A stretch of 64,000 nucleotides of DNA from an uncultured Gammaproteobacteria bacterium. GTDB taxonomy: Bacteria; Pseudomonadota; Gammaproteobacteria; Arenicellales; JAANXG01. Location of the stretch: assembly GCA_947258495.1 (NCBI GenBank), contig CAMYIN010000208.1, positions 1,359 to 65,358 of the forward strand. Direction: 5' to 3'. Below the pieces are notes generated by a model. The model worked only from the letters and a program-made list of their open reading frames with translations, was not told the DNA's origin and did no database searches. This document shows, in pieces, positions 19,446-29,272 of the stretch. Both the position numbers and the translations under genes were made by a program. How positions within the stretch are numbered: position 1 is the stretch's first letter; every line of letters starts with the position of its first letter.

Positions 19446-21773
19446 ATGACGAGCGAAGAAAACTCCCTCGAAGGCATGGAGGAAGTGATCCTGGAATTCC
19501 TTGTCGAGAGTGCGGAGGGACTGGATCAAATGGACAACGATCTCGTTGCCCTGGAGGCCGAACCCGGCAATCAGGAATTGCTCGCAAACATATTTCGCAC
19601 CATCCACACCATCAAAGGTACGTGCGGGTTTTTCGGCTTCTCCAGGCTGGAGAAGGTCAGCCATGTAGGCGAAAACCTGCTCAGCCGACTGCGAGACGGC
19701 GAACTCGCGTTGACCCCGGAGATCGCCACCGCGTTGCTGAACATGGTGGACGCCGTACGCGAGATGCTGTCGAAGATCGAAGCCAGCAACAGCGACGGCG
19801 AAGAAGCTTACGCGGCTCTGGTGGAGACGCTGACTCGGCTGAAGGATCAGGAAGCGACGGCGACCGGCGGCGATGCGGACGCCGGACCGGAAACGGATTC
19901 CGCCAAGGAAGGATCCGAAGGCGCGGAAGCGGCCGCCGTCCAAAATCCGCGCCAGGATGGCGCACGGTCGAAGGGAAACGCGCCGGAATCGCCTGCGGAA
20001 AAACGCTCCGACAGCGAAAGTGCGGCAAGCGACGACAAATCGGCGGGCCGGGGATCGTTATCGGTCGCCGAAAGCGCCATCCGCGTCGACGTGGACGTCC
20101 TGGACAACCTCATGAACCTCGTGGGCGAGCTGGTTCTGGCGCGTAATCAGATCCTGGCGTACTCCCTCGCCCGACAGGACCCGGTGTTCGCCAACGCCTG
20201 TCAGAGGCTGAACCTGATCACCAGCGAACTTCAGCAGGACGTCATGAAGACGCGCATGCAGCCGATCAGCAACATCTGGAACAAGTTCCCCCGCGTGGTG
20301 CGCGATCTGTCCAGAACGTGCGGCAAACAGGTGCGGGTGGAGATGGAGGGCAAGGACACCGAGCTCGATAAAAGTCTCATCGAGGCCATGAAGGATCCGC
20401 TGACGCACCTGATTCGAAACGCCGTCGACCACGGCATCGAACCTCCGGATACGCGCCTCGCCAATGGCAAACCCGCCGAGGGCCGTATCCTGCTCAACGC
20501 CTATCACGCCGGCGGCCAGGTAATCATCGAGATCTCGGACGACGGCGCCGGCATCGATCTCGATGCGGTGCGAAAAAAAGCCACCGGCATGAGCTTGATT
20601 ACCTCGGCCCAGGCGTCCCAGATGCACGAGGGCGACCTCGCCAGGCTCATATTCGCCCCGGGGATGACGACGTCGAAGAAAGTCACGAACATCTCTGGTC
20701 GCGGTGTCGGCATGGACGTGGTCCGCGCCAACCTGGAGAAAATTGGCGGTTTCATCGAACTCGACAGCGTCCGCGGCCGCGGGTCCACGTTCCGCATTCA
20801 GCTGCCATTGACCTTGGCCATCGTCCCCGCCCTGCTGGTATGCAGTGCCGACGAGCGGTTCGCCATTCCACAAGGCAGCATTCTCGAGCTGATTCGACTT
20901 CATCCGGGCAACTCGGAAAAGGGTATCGAGACGATTCAAGGGGTACCGGTATTTCGCCTTCGCGGCAAGCTGTTGCCGCTGGTCTATCTAAACGCCGAAC
21001 TGGAACTTGACGACGCCGGGCGACAAGCGGACGCCATGAACATCGTTGTACTGCAGGCGGACCAGAAAAAATTCGGGCTCATCGTCGACACCGTGGAAGA
21101 CTCTACCGAGATCGTGGTGAAGCCGTTGTCGAACGTTCTCAAAGCTATTCCGGTCTACGCGGGAGCGACGATCACGGGTAACGGCAAGGTGGCCTTGATA
21201 CTCGACGTCCTGGGTCTGGCGCAACGCGCCAGACTGCTATCGGAACATCAGGAACGGTTCCTGGACGTCAACGCGACGTCGGCGGTGCTCGGGGAGGACG
21301 ACGAGCGTCAACCGCTGATCATCACCAGCGGCAAGGACGGGGGGCGCATCGCCATTCCGGTAGAATCCGTGGTCAGACTCGAAGAGTTCAAAAGGGCGAC
21401 ACTGGAGCAGGCCGGCACGCGCACGGTGGTGCAATATCGCGGCAAGGTCCTGCCCTTGGTCAATCTAACGGATCTGCTGCAGGAGCGGCGACGCAAACCG
21501 CGGCCCATGACCAGCGACGGTCCCGATACCGCCGACGAGATCGTTCACGCGATCGTCTATTCGATAGACGGAAATCCGATCGGACTGGTTGTGGACCGCA
21601 TTCTTGACATCCTGGAACACTCAAAAAACATGCAGGGTCCGCCGACCCGCAAAGGTACGCTGGGAACGATCGTCACCCAAGGTCAGGTCACCGAGGTGTT
21701 CGACGCAACATCGCTGCAACGGGAGTTCGCCGCCCCCAGGCAGCGCAAGCGGGCGGCAAGCGCCGGGGGCTGA
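19446..21773 (+). CDS. cheA: Chemotaxis histidine kinase CheA
   Basis: Hpt motif FRTIHTIKGTCGFFGF, HATPase N/G boxes (HLIRNAVDHGIE, DDGAGID, GRGVGMDVV) and a C-terminal CheW-like domain. Confidence 0.95.
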   Translation: MTSEENSLEGMEEVILEFLVESAEGLDQMDNDLVALEAEPGNQELLANIFRTIHTIKGTCGFFGFSRLEKVSHVGENLLSRLRDGELALTPEIATALLNMVDAVREMLSKIEASNSDGEEAYAALVETLTRLKDQEATATGGDADAGPETDSAKEGSEGAEAAAVQNPRQDGARSKGNAPESPAEKRSDSESAASDDKSAGRGSLSVAESAIRVDVDVLDNLMNLVGELVLARNQILAYSLARQDPVFANACQRLNLITSELQQDVMKTRMQPISNIWNKFPRVVRDLSRTCGKQVRVEMEGKDTELDKSLIEAMKDPLTHLIRNAVDHGIEPPDTRLANGKPAEGRILLNAYHAGGQVIIEISDDGAGIDLDAVRKKATGMSLITSAQASQMHEGDLARLIFAPGMTTSKKVTNISGRGVGMDVVRANLEKIGGFIELDSVRGRGSTFRIQLPLTLAIVPALLVCSADERFAIPQGSILELIRLHPGNSEKGIETIQGVPVFRLRGKLLPLVYLNAELELDDAGRQADAMNIVVLQADQKKFGLIVDTVEDSTEIVVKPLSNVLKAIPVYAGATITGNGKVALILDVLGLAQRARLLSEHQERFLDVNATSAVLGEDDERQPLIITSGKDGGRIAIPVESVVRLEEFKRATLEQAGTRTVVQYRGKVLPLVNLTDLLQERRRKPRPMTSDGPDTADEIVHAIVYSIDGNPIGLVVDRILDILEHSKNMQGPPTRKGTLGTIVTQGQVTEVFDATSLQREFAAPRQRKRAASAGG

Positions 21774-21779
21774 CACGGG

Positions 21780-22274
21780 ATGGACACGCGACAGGTATGC
21801 ACCTTTCTCGTCGATGACCTGCTTTTGGGCGTGGAGACCAACCAAGTCCGCGAGGTGCTGCGGTTCCAGGAAATCACCCGCGTGCCGCTGGCGCCCGCCG
21901 CGGTGACCGGGTTGATGAATCTGCGGGGCGAAATTGTCACCGTGATAGACCTGCGCACGCGCCTGGAGCTGCCTCGACGCGAAGACGACAGGCCACCGAT
22001 GAACGTCGTGACCCGCATCGGCGATGCCACCGTCAGTCTGCTCGTGGATGAGATAGGAGACGTGATCGAAGTCACGAAGGACCTCTACGAACCGGCGCCG
22101 GAACACCTGTCGGGGGTCGCCCGCGAGCTCATACAAGGGACATACAAGTTGGAAGAGCGGCTGCTGCTGATGCTGGACGTGGAAAAGACCGTGGAACTCG
22201 ATAAGCCGGCGAGCTTCACCGCCGGCGTTCAGACCGCGCAGAAATCGACATTGCCCGAGACATCGCTGCAATGA
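21780..22274 (+). CDS. cheW: Chemotaxis coupling protein CheW
   Basis: 164 aa with the typical CheW pattern [19 protein letters not shown]...[16 protein letters not shown]. Confidence 0.9.
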   Translation: MDTRQVCTFLVDDLLLGVETNQVREVLRFQEITRVPLAPAAVTGLMNLRGEIVTVIDLRTRLELPRREDDRPPMNVVTRIGDATVSLLVDEIGDVIEVTKDLYEPAPEHLSGVARELIQGTYKLEERLLLMLDVEKTVELDKPASFTAGVQTAQKSTLPETSLQ

Positions 22275-24403
22275 TCGTGCGCGCGAGTTTGAACAAGGAG
22301 ATCCTCGTGGTCCTGGGGCTGACCTACTGCGCGGCGTTCGCCGGCTATCTCTTCGTCAGCAAAGAGGATCCACTTACACATACCCTTATCATCGGATCGC
22401 TGTTTGTTTTGGTCGGTTTGCTCGCGGTGTTCGTGGTACGCCGTCATTCCAGCAATCTGAAGGTACTGACCGACACCCTGCGGGCGATCGCCGACGGCGA
22501 CCTGGGCTTCGAACCGGAAGGCGAATTTCCGGATGAGACGACGAAATTGGCCGTTGCGGTACGCAGGGTCGCGACTATTCTGCGCGACGCCGTGCACAGC
22601 GACAGCGTGGAGTGGAACCGGGTTGCAGCGTTCATAGAGGATTCGCGTTTGTTCAAGGCGATATTGGAGAACGTGTCGACGAACCTGATCTACATCGATC
22701 GAGATCTCGTGGTGCGCTACGCTAATAACCCCGCCCGGAAGATGTTTGCGGATCTCGCTCGGCGCGCCGGCAACCCGCTGGACGCCCTCGAAGACCAACC
22801 CATTGAGCGCCTGCACGCAGATCTCGCGTCCCGGTTGGGAACGCTGCAGGCTTCGAGCGGCGCGCCCGTGATGGTGTCGGCGGAATACGGGTCCGAAACC
22901 GTGCAGTTCACGGGTTCCTCCATCTGCGATGAGGAAGGCGCCTTCAACGGTGCGGTGCTGCTCTGTGAGCGCATCACGTTCAAGATCGAGAACGAGAAAA
23001 CGGCTCGCGCACGGCGCGAGCAGGAGCGGCGTCAGCACGACGAATTTCGCGGCAAGGTGGCGGGGATCCTGGAAGTGGTGCGCTCCGCCGGCGACGGTGA
23101 TCTCACCAAAGAGGCGCCGTACAGGGGCGACGATATCGTCGGCCAGCTAGGAGACGGGATCAACAGACTGATCGCCGGAATCCGTCACCGTTTGGCCGCC
23201 ATCGACGAAAGCGCCGGTGCAGTCGCCAAGTCGTCCGATCAACTCATGCGCATCAGCGAGCAAATGTCGGGCACCGCGGACACCGTGTTCGAACGCGTCA
23301 ACGTCGTGTCGACGTCCACCGTGGACTTGAGCGAGCGACTGCAATCGGTGTCCGGCGCCACGGAACAACTCACCGCCAGCTTCGCCGAGTTATCCGCGAA
23401 CGCCGGGCAGGCGCTCACCGTCGCCGTAGCCGCAATGCAGACCGCCACGGATACCAACGAGACCATCGATCGACTCGGTCAGAGAAGCAGCGAGATCGGC
23501 GACGTGGTAAAACTGATCACGGCAATTGCGGAGCAGACCAACCTGCTCGCGCTGAACGCCACCATCGAGGCGGCGCGCGCGGGTGACGCAGGCAAGGGAT
23601 TCGCGGTAGTGGCCAACGAAGTGAAAGAACTGGCGAAACAGACCGCGAGCGCCACCGAAAACATCGGCGAAAAAATTGCCGGCGTGCAGAACGACACCAA
23701 AAAAACAGTGGATGCAATCGGTGCCATCCACAACGTCGTGAGCGAGATCAACGATATACAGACCGGCATCACCAGCGCTTTGGAACAGCAGATGGCGGTA
23801 ACGCAAGCGATATCGCGAGACGTCGCGGAAGCGGCTCAGAGCAGCACGAATATACCGGCGAATCTCTCAGGTCTGGCGGACGACGCCCGCATACCGGTTG
23901 AAGCGGGCCGCGAGATCGGGTCGGCGGCCACCCACCTTTCGCTCATGACTTCGGAGCTGAAGGAGTTGATCAAACACTTCAAGCGCCACGAGGGATTCCA
24001 GGCGTGTATCGATTGGAGCGACGAGTGGCTCGTCGAGGTCGATTCGCTGGACCGACAGCATAAGGCGATCGCGGGCCTCACTAATCAGTTGTACCAGGCG
24101 ACGGGGGTCGGTCAGGCAAAAACCCGTCTGGCCGTCATCCTCGGAACCATCGTGGATCAGATCCAATCGCACCTCGATCACGCCGAGGACTTGGTACAGG
24201 AATACACGGGCCTCGACCAAGGGACCGCGCTCGCCAGGCACAGACGTCTCGCCCAGCAATGCGCCGACATGCAGGACAAATGCCGAGCCGGAGAAATGTC
24301 GATCGACCTGGAGCTGGTCAACACCATCAAACATGAGTTCCTGGCCCATCTGCAGGAGGACCGGGATCTGTCCAAGCAATTGGCACATACGGACGCTGCG
24401 TAA
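22271..24403 (+). CDS. Methyl-accepting chemotaxis protein (MCP3) with PAS and a C-terminal hemerythrin-like domain
   Basis: Two TM segments, a PAS-like [25 protein letters not shown] segment and the MA hairpin [40 protein letters not shown]. The C-terminal [19 protein letters not shown] resembles a bacteriohemerythrin start. The start overlaps the cheW stop. Confidence 0.9.
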   Translation: MIVRASLNKEILVVLGLTYCAAFAGYLFVSKEDPLTHTLIIGSLFVLVGLLAVFVVRRHSSNLKVLTDTLRAIADGDLGFEPEGEFPDETTKLAVAVRRVATILRDAVHSDSVEWNRVAAFIEDSRLFKAILENVSTNLIYIDRDLVVRYANNPARKMFADLARRAGNPLDALEDQPIERLHADLASRLGTLQASSGAPVMVSAEYGSETVQFTGSSICDEEGAFNGAVLLCERITFKIENEKTARARREQERRQHDEFRGKVAGILEVVRSAGDGDLTKEAPYRGDDIVGQLGDGINRLIAGIRHRLAAIDESAGAVAKSSDQLMRISEQMSGTADTVFERVNVVSTSTVDLSERLQSVSGATEQLTASFAELSANAGQALTVAVAAMQTATDTNETIDRLGQRSSEIGDVVKLITAIAEQTNLLALNATIEAARAGDAGKGFAVVANEVKELAKQTASATENIGEKIAGVQNDTKKTVDAIGAIHNVVSEINDIQTGITSALEQQMAVTQAISRDVAEAAQSSTNIPANLSGLADDARIPVEAGREIGSAATHLSLMTSELKELIKHFKRHEGFQACIDWSDEWLVEVDSLDRQHKAIAGLTNQLYQATGVGQAKTRLAVILGTIVDQIQSHLDHAEDLVQEYTGLDQGTALARHRRLAQQCADMQDKCRAGEMSIDLELVNTIKHEFLAHLQEDRDLSKQLAHTDAA

Positions 24404-24429
24404 GCTCCGCCGACAAGGCCTCAACGCAC

Positions 24430-25545
24430 ATGCCACGCACCAAAGTGTTACTCGTCGACGACGACAAGACCGTAGTGCGGATCATGACCATGCTGCTGGC
24501 CCAGGATCGCGACATTCACGTCGTCGGCGCCGCCCACGACGGCAGGGAAGCGCTCGGCAGGATCCCGGAGTTGCATCCGGACGTAGTAATTCTGGACATA
24601 GAAATGCCTGTCATGGACGGCCTGGATACCATGGCCGTGATCCACGAACGGCACCCGAACGTCGTTGTCATCATGTTCAGCACGTTCACCCACCGTGGCG
24701 CTTCACAAACGCTGCAGGCCCTTGCGAGGGGCGCCAGCGACTACGTCGCCAAACCGACATCCGGGATGGCGGAGGCACGGGAAACCATACGCTCGCTGCT
24801 GCTGCCGAAGATAAAGGCCCTGGTCGACCACAGATCGACGCAGGTAATGCCGTCGACCGCCGGCTCGACGCAACCCACCGAAGTTCGCACGCCGAAACCT
24901 CCTGTGCGCGGATCCTCGATCGTGCCGGAGGTGCTGGTGATCGGCGCCTCGACGGGCGGTCCTCAGGCGCTCGGTACCTTGTTTACGGCCATTCCGGAGA
25001 GTTTCCCCATACCGATACTCATGGTGCAACACATGGCCCCGATGTTCACGCGACTGTTCGCGGAGCGTCTGACACACAGCTGCGCGCTACCCGTGGCGGA
25101 GGGCAAGGACGGCGACACTGTCGAGGCAGGCCGGGCGCTGCTTGCACCCGGTGATTACCATATGACGCTTGCCGGCGAGGGCGAACGCATCGTCACGCGT
25201 CTCAACCAGAACCCTCCGGAGAACTTCTGTCGGCCGTCGGTGGATCCCTTGTTCGTTTCCGCGGCCGGGCTTTACGGGCAACGCGTGTTGGCCGTGATCT
25301 TGACGGGGATGGGGGAAGACGGCCTCAGAGGCAGCCGCGCAGTCCGCGACGCCGGCGGCGAAGTCCTGGTGCAGGATCAGGCGACCAGCGTCGTGTGGGG
25401 CATGCCCGGTGCGGTCGCAAAGGTCGGAATCGCAAACGATGTCCTCCCCATCGACGGCTTGATCGCGGAAATCCTGGCGAGGGCCGGAGCGCGGTCTGCA
25501 GTCGATCCCAATCGAGCGCGGGCGTCCCGACGCGTTGCGCAGTGA
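24430..25545 (+). CDS. cheB: Chemotaxis methylesterase/deamidase CheB (REC-CheB)
   Basis: Receiver domain (VLLVDDD...DVVILDIEMPVMDG) plus a methylesterase domain (VIGASTGGPQAL, HMAPMFT, GMGEDG). Confidence 0.95.
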   Translation: MPRTKVLLVDDDKTVVRIMTMLLAQDRDIHVVGAAHDGREALGRIPELHPDVVILDIEMPVMDGLDTMAVIHERHPNVVVIMFSTFTHRGASQTLQALARGASDYVAKPTSGMAEARETIRSLLLPKIKALVDHRSTQVMPSTAGSTQPTEVRTPKPPVRGSSIVPEVLVIGASTGGPQALGTLFTAIPESFPIPILMVQHMAPMFTRLFAERLTHSCALPVAEGKDGDTVEAGRALLAPGDYHMTLAGEGERIVTRLNQNPPENFCRPSVDPLFVSAAGLYGQRVLAVILTGMGEDGLRGSRAVRDAGGEVLVQDQATSVVWGMPGAVAKVGIANDVLPIDGLIAEILARAGARSAVDPNRARASRRVAQ

Positions 25546-25707
25546 GCGGGTGTCGCGGACCGGCCGACGAGGCATTCAGAGATCTTATCGAGGACTGCGT
25601 GTTTATACCTATTTACCTTGCAGCCGACGACGCCTACACGTTGAAGTAGCATGACCGCATCAGACCTCAATCCCGAAGCGGAACTTTGGACTCACCATCG
25701 TTAGCGT

Positions 25708-26622
25708 GTGAACGCGATGCGTGCCGCCGAATTCCGCTATCTCTGTGAATACGTCGAGTCTCGATCGGGGATCTCGCTCGGCACCAAGGAATATCTGGTG
25801 GAACAGCGGCTGCGCGCCGTCTGTCGCAGCCAGGGCCTGGAATCCATCGAGGATCTGGCGCACCGGCTGCAGACGCAGGCACAGGACGCGCTCGGCGATC
25901 GGGTAATCGAGGTGCTGACGACGAACGAAACGTCGTTCTTTCGCGATACGCATCCGTTTGAAGTGCTGGCATCGCGCGTACTCCCGGAATTGATGTGCGC
26001 CGCACGGGGGCAGCCCCTCAACATCTGGTGCGCGGGGTGCGCGGGCGGACAGGAGGCGTACAGCGTGGCGATGCTCGTCGCCGAGCAGTCCTCGAAAGCC
26101 GGACCGGCGCGCGTACGCATACATGCCAGCGATATCTCGCCGGCGGTGATCGAGCAGGCGCGCCTTGGATTGTACAGCAACTTTCAGTTGAGCCGCGGGA
26201 TCACGGCCGATCGCCGAGAACGGCACTTTCATGGATACGGCAAGGGCTGGCGCATCAATCCGGAGATCGCCGCCATGGTCGAGTTCCACGTCATCAATCT
26301 TATTGAACCTCTACCGCCGCTGCCGCAGATGGACATCCTGCTGCTGCGCAACGTCCTCATCTATTTTTCGGCGCCGATTCGGGCGCAGGTGCTGGAGGAG
26401 ATGTATCGGGCCCTGCGCCCCGGTGGGTTCCTGTTTCTCGGCGTCGCGGAAACCAATATCCGGATGCCGGACAGGTTCGAAAAAATCGTGGACGACAAGA
26501 CCCTCTATTTTCGGGCGATCGGCCCGGAGCCCGTGTCACGCGGTAAAGTTTCGTCGCCGAATACCGATAATCCAGTAAAGCGTAGTCACAACGATATTGT
26601 CGAAAGGTTGAAAGCGTTATGA
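25708..26622 (+). CDS. cheR: Chemotaxis methyltransferase CheR
   Basis: TNETSFFRDTHPFEVL and IWCAGCAGGQEAYSVAML SAM-binding motifs. The start is either GTG 25708 or ATG 25717. Confidence 0.9.
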   Translation: MNAMRAAEFRYLCEYVESRSGISLGTKEYLVEQRLRAVCRSQGLESIEDLAHRLQTQAQDALGDRVIEVLTTNETSFFRDTHPFEVLASRVLPELMCAARGQPLNIWCAGCAGGQEAYSVAMLVAEQSSKAGPARVRIHASDISPAVIEQARLGLYSNFQLSRGITADRRERHFHGYGKGWRINPEIAAMVEFHVINLIEPLPPLPQMDILLLRNVLIYFSAPIRAQVLEEMYRALRPGGFLFLGVAETNIRMPDRFEKIVDDKTLYFRAIGPEPVSRGKVSSPNTDNPVKRSHNDIVERLKAL

Positions 26623-26984
26623 AAATACTGATCGTAGACGACAGCAAGGCGATGCGCCTGCTGGTAAAACGTACCCTGCGCATGGCGGGTTTCAGCGGCC
26701 ACGACACCTTGGAGGCGACCAACGGTGCGGAGGCGATCGGGGTGGTGGCGAAGGAACAGCCCGACCTCGTCATTTCCGACTGGAACATGCCGGAGATGAC
26801 CGGCATGCAGTTACTGCAGAACCTGCGGGAACAGGGAACCTCGGTCAAGTTCGGCTTCGTCACCACGGAAGCCTCCGACGAAATGCGCGCCATGGCGAGC
26901 GAGGCCGGCGCAAGCTTCTTCATTACCAAACCGTTCACGCCGGAGACCGTGGAAAAAACCCTTTCTCCGGTGATCGGGGACTGA
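26619..26984 (+). CDS. cheY: Single-domain response regulator CheY
   Basis: MKILIVDDSKAMR...DLVISDWNMPEMTG...FITKPF. The start overlaps the cheR stop. Confidence 0.9.
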   Translation: MKILIVDDSKAMRLLVKRTLRMAGFSGHDTLEATNGAEAIGVVAKEQPDLVISDWNMPEMTGMQLLQNLREQGTSVKFGFVTTEASDEMRAMASEAGASFFITKPFTPETVEKTLSPVIGD

Positions 26985-27049
26985 GGCGTGGGGTTCGCGG
27001 CGGTTCACCGAGGCGCAACGCCGGCGAGCGTTTGACCTGGAGGCAATCC

Positions 27050-27520
27050 ATGTCTGTCTATTCATTGCCGAAGCCGGATGACGTACCCAAGGTTCTGGGC
27101 ACACTCTTGAACAAACCGGTGACCGCGGCGCAGGGCCAGGCCGTGTCTTCGCCGTCCGTCGCCGCGACCTACATCGACCAGCAAGGCGGCGTCGGCGCCG
27201 TGTGTCTGGTCGACGCCTCGTTCGCCGCCTACGCCGGTGCGGCGCTCACCATGATCCCGAGCGACGTGGCGGCGAGTGAAATCAAGACCGGGCAGTTGTC
27301 GAGCGAAATCCTGGAAAATCTGCAGGAGGTCTTCAACGTCATGGTCGCGTTCTTCAATCAGGGCAAGGTTCCCCACATTCGCTTCGCGGATATGCACGCG
27401 ACACCCGCGGATTTTCCCGCCGAAGTCGAAACCCTCCGCAACGGGGACGCGCAACATACCGATATAGAGATCACCATCGGCGGCTACGGCGCCGGCACGA
27501 TGACGCTCTACAGCCTTTGA
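27050..27520 (+). CDS. Hypothetical protein, possible CheX/CheC-like CheY-P phosphatase
   Basis: Last gene of the che operon, with GGAGG 7 nt before the ATG. Contains E89-x3-E93-x2-N96-x22-P119, close to the CheC/CheX/FliY active-site pattern (D/S)-x3-E-x2-N-x22-P. Confidence 0.45.
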   Translation: MSVYSLPKPDDVPKVLGTLLNKPVTAAQGQAVSSPSVAATYIDQQGGVGAVCLVDASFAAYAGAALTMIPSDVAASEIKTGQLSSEILENLQEVFNVMVAFFNQGKVPHIRFADMHATPADFPAEVETLRNGDAQHTDIEITIGGYGAGTMTLYSL

Positions 27521-27640
27521 AGATCGGCGCGCTGCCCGTAGCGACCCACGGACGACCAACCCGCCGCCGCAGCATCGTCAAGGATCGGGCGCGATAATCG
27601 GACGAGGTCCGGTTCGTGCGTACCACGATAGCCACGCGGC

Positions 27641-28474
27641 CTATTCACCGTCGCCGGACGGTGTCCGTTGCGGCACCCCGCAATAAGGACAAAAGGAGTA
27701 AGCGGACTCGATGCGTCGGTCGCAGCGTACGCAGCGCTCGGGGGACTTCATGGTGCTCACGAGTTTGAACGAGACGATGGCGGTGATCATGGCGAACAAC
27801 CCGATCCCCATGATCATCAGCAGGGCGGCCAGCAACTGGCCGGGTATCGTCTGCGGCACGATATCGCCGTAGCCGACGGTGGTCATGGTGACCAGACTCC
27901 ACCACACGCCCCCGAAGGCGTTGCCCACGGTCTGCGGCTCGAGGATATAGATGACGTTTCCCGCCATCAGCACCACCAGGCCGATGGCCGATACCGCGAC
28001 GACGATGATTTCAACGACGTCGCGCAGGGAGGCGAGGAACAGCCACAAGGTTCCCAGGTAGCGCGCCAGTTTCAACAGCCGCAGGATTCGGAGCAGCCGC
28101 AGGGCCAGCGCCGGATCCCCGGTGAACAGCAGCGGCAGCACGGTGAAGAGATCGACCAGGCCGAAGAAACCGAATGCGTACTCGCGGCGCCGCTGGGCAG
28201 CGTAGAGCCGCAACAGGTATTCGACGCCAAAGCCGATGGTGATGCCGATCTCGGTCCACCAGATGATCCGGCCCCACTCCGCACGCACCTCGGGTATGGT
28301 CGTCAGCATGGATATGATGACACCGGCGACGACGACGAAGATGACGCACAGGTTGACGTTGCGGCCCGTGGGGTGATGCAGATCGAAGAGCCAACGATTC
28401 AGCTTTGCGCGCACCGAACCCGGGCAGAGCCGGACCGGCGTTGCGGTCGGATTCTCGCTGATGATATGACTCAT
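27641..28474 (-). CDS. 6TM voltage-sensor-type K+ channel with a C-terminal zinc ribbon
   Basis: S4-like LRLLRILRLLKLARY, selectivity filter TTVGYGD, and C-terminal CVRCDRRIESAYSFCPYCG. Confidence 0.85.
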   Translation of the reverse strand: MSHIISENPTATPVRLCPGSVRAKLNRWLFDLHHPTGRNVNLCVIFVVVAGVIISMLTTIPEVRAEWGRIIWWTEIGITIGFGVEYLLRLYAAQRRREYAFGFFGLVDLFTVLPLLFTGDPALALRLLRILRLLKLARYLGTLWLFLASLRDVVEIIVVAVSAIGLVVLMAGNVIYILEPQTVGNAFGGVWWSLVTMTTVGYGDIVPQTIPGQLLAALLMIMGIGLFAMITAIVSFKLVSTMKSPERCVRCDRRIESAYSFCPYCGVPQRTPSGDGE

Positions 28475-28612
28475 GGTGCGGTCAGAGCGCGGCGTTTATC
28501 CAGGTCGATGCATTGGCACCCCCGGAGACCTCGGAACGGTCTCCTTTAAACCCATTATCGGCCGTCGGTGGGGGGGCTTTAACCCGCTGATTGCGGGGAT
28601 TCGCGAACGACG

Positions 28613-29272
28613 TTAACGATCCAAGTAATACCGCGGCCCACGCACTGCACGCTCTTCGATCAGCCCGAACTCTTTGGCGAGGGCGACGAGGTGGGCGTGG
28701 GACTTGGCCTGCATCTTCTCCATGACGCGGGCGCGGTGCTGGTCCACGGTGCGGTGGCTGATGCCCAGCGCCCGGGCGATGTGCTTGTTGGTCAGGTCCG
28801 CCGATCCCGACACCAGCAACTCCATCACCTGCCGCTCCCGCGGCGTCAAACCGGCGTAGCGCGCCTGCACCCCCGCGCCCTGCGAACGCCGCCGCCGCGC
28901 CGCCCGGTCCCGCGCCAGCGCCTGCTCGATGCTCGCCACCAGCACCGCGTGGCGCACCGGCTTCTCCAGAAAATCCACCGCCCCCCGCTTCATCGCCCGC
29001 ACCGACATCGGCACGTCCCCGTGGCCGGTAATAAACACGATCGGAATCGCGCACCCCCGCGCCGCCAGCGCCCGCTGCAGCCCCAGCCCGTCCATCCCCG
29101 GCATCTGGATGTCCAGCACCAGACACGCCGGCCGCGCGCAGTCGCACGCCTGCAAAAACGCCTCCGCCGAGGCAAACGCCTCCACCTCCCAGCCCCGCTT
29201 GCGCAGCGACAAACTCAACGACCGCCGCACCGCGGCGTCGTCGTCCACCAAAATCACCGTCTCAGACCCCAT
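28613..29272 (-). CDS. FixJ/NarL-family response regulator (REC + LuxR HTH)
   Basis: ILVDDDAAVRRSL...LVLDIQMPGMDG...LTPRERQVMELLVSG..NKHIARALGISHRTVDQHR. The ATG at 29272 overlaps the kinase stop by 11 nt. Confidence 0.9.
   Translation of the reverse strand: MGSETVILVDDDAAVRRSLSLSLRKRGWEVEAFASAEAFLQACDCARPACLVLDIQMPGMDGLGLQRALAARGCAIPIVFITGHGDVPMSVRAMKRGAVDFLEKPVRHAVLVASIEQALARDRAARRRRSQGAGVQARYAGLTPRERQVMELLVSGSADLTNKHIARALGISHRTVDQHRARVMEKMQAKSHAHLVALAKEFGLIEERAVRGPRYYLDR

Noticed and set aside
18320-19477. The 385-aa version of the HDOD ORF. The 7766 start of the fliK-like ORF, the 43805 start of ccoI, the 54499 start of phaC, the 51840 start of ccoO, the 29452 start of the response regulator and the 61244 start of the USP gene are similar cases.
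   Set aside because: The N-terminal extensions have atypical composition, overlap promoters or neighbouring genes, and lack an SD. Internal ATGs with an SD, or with stop-start coupling, give products of canonical length.
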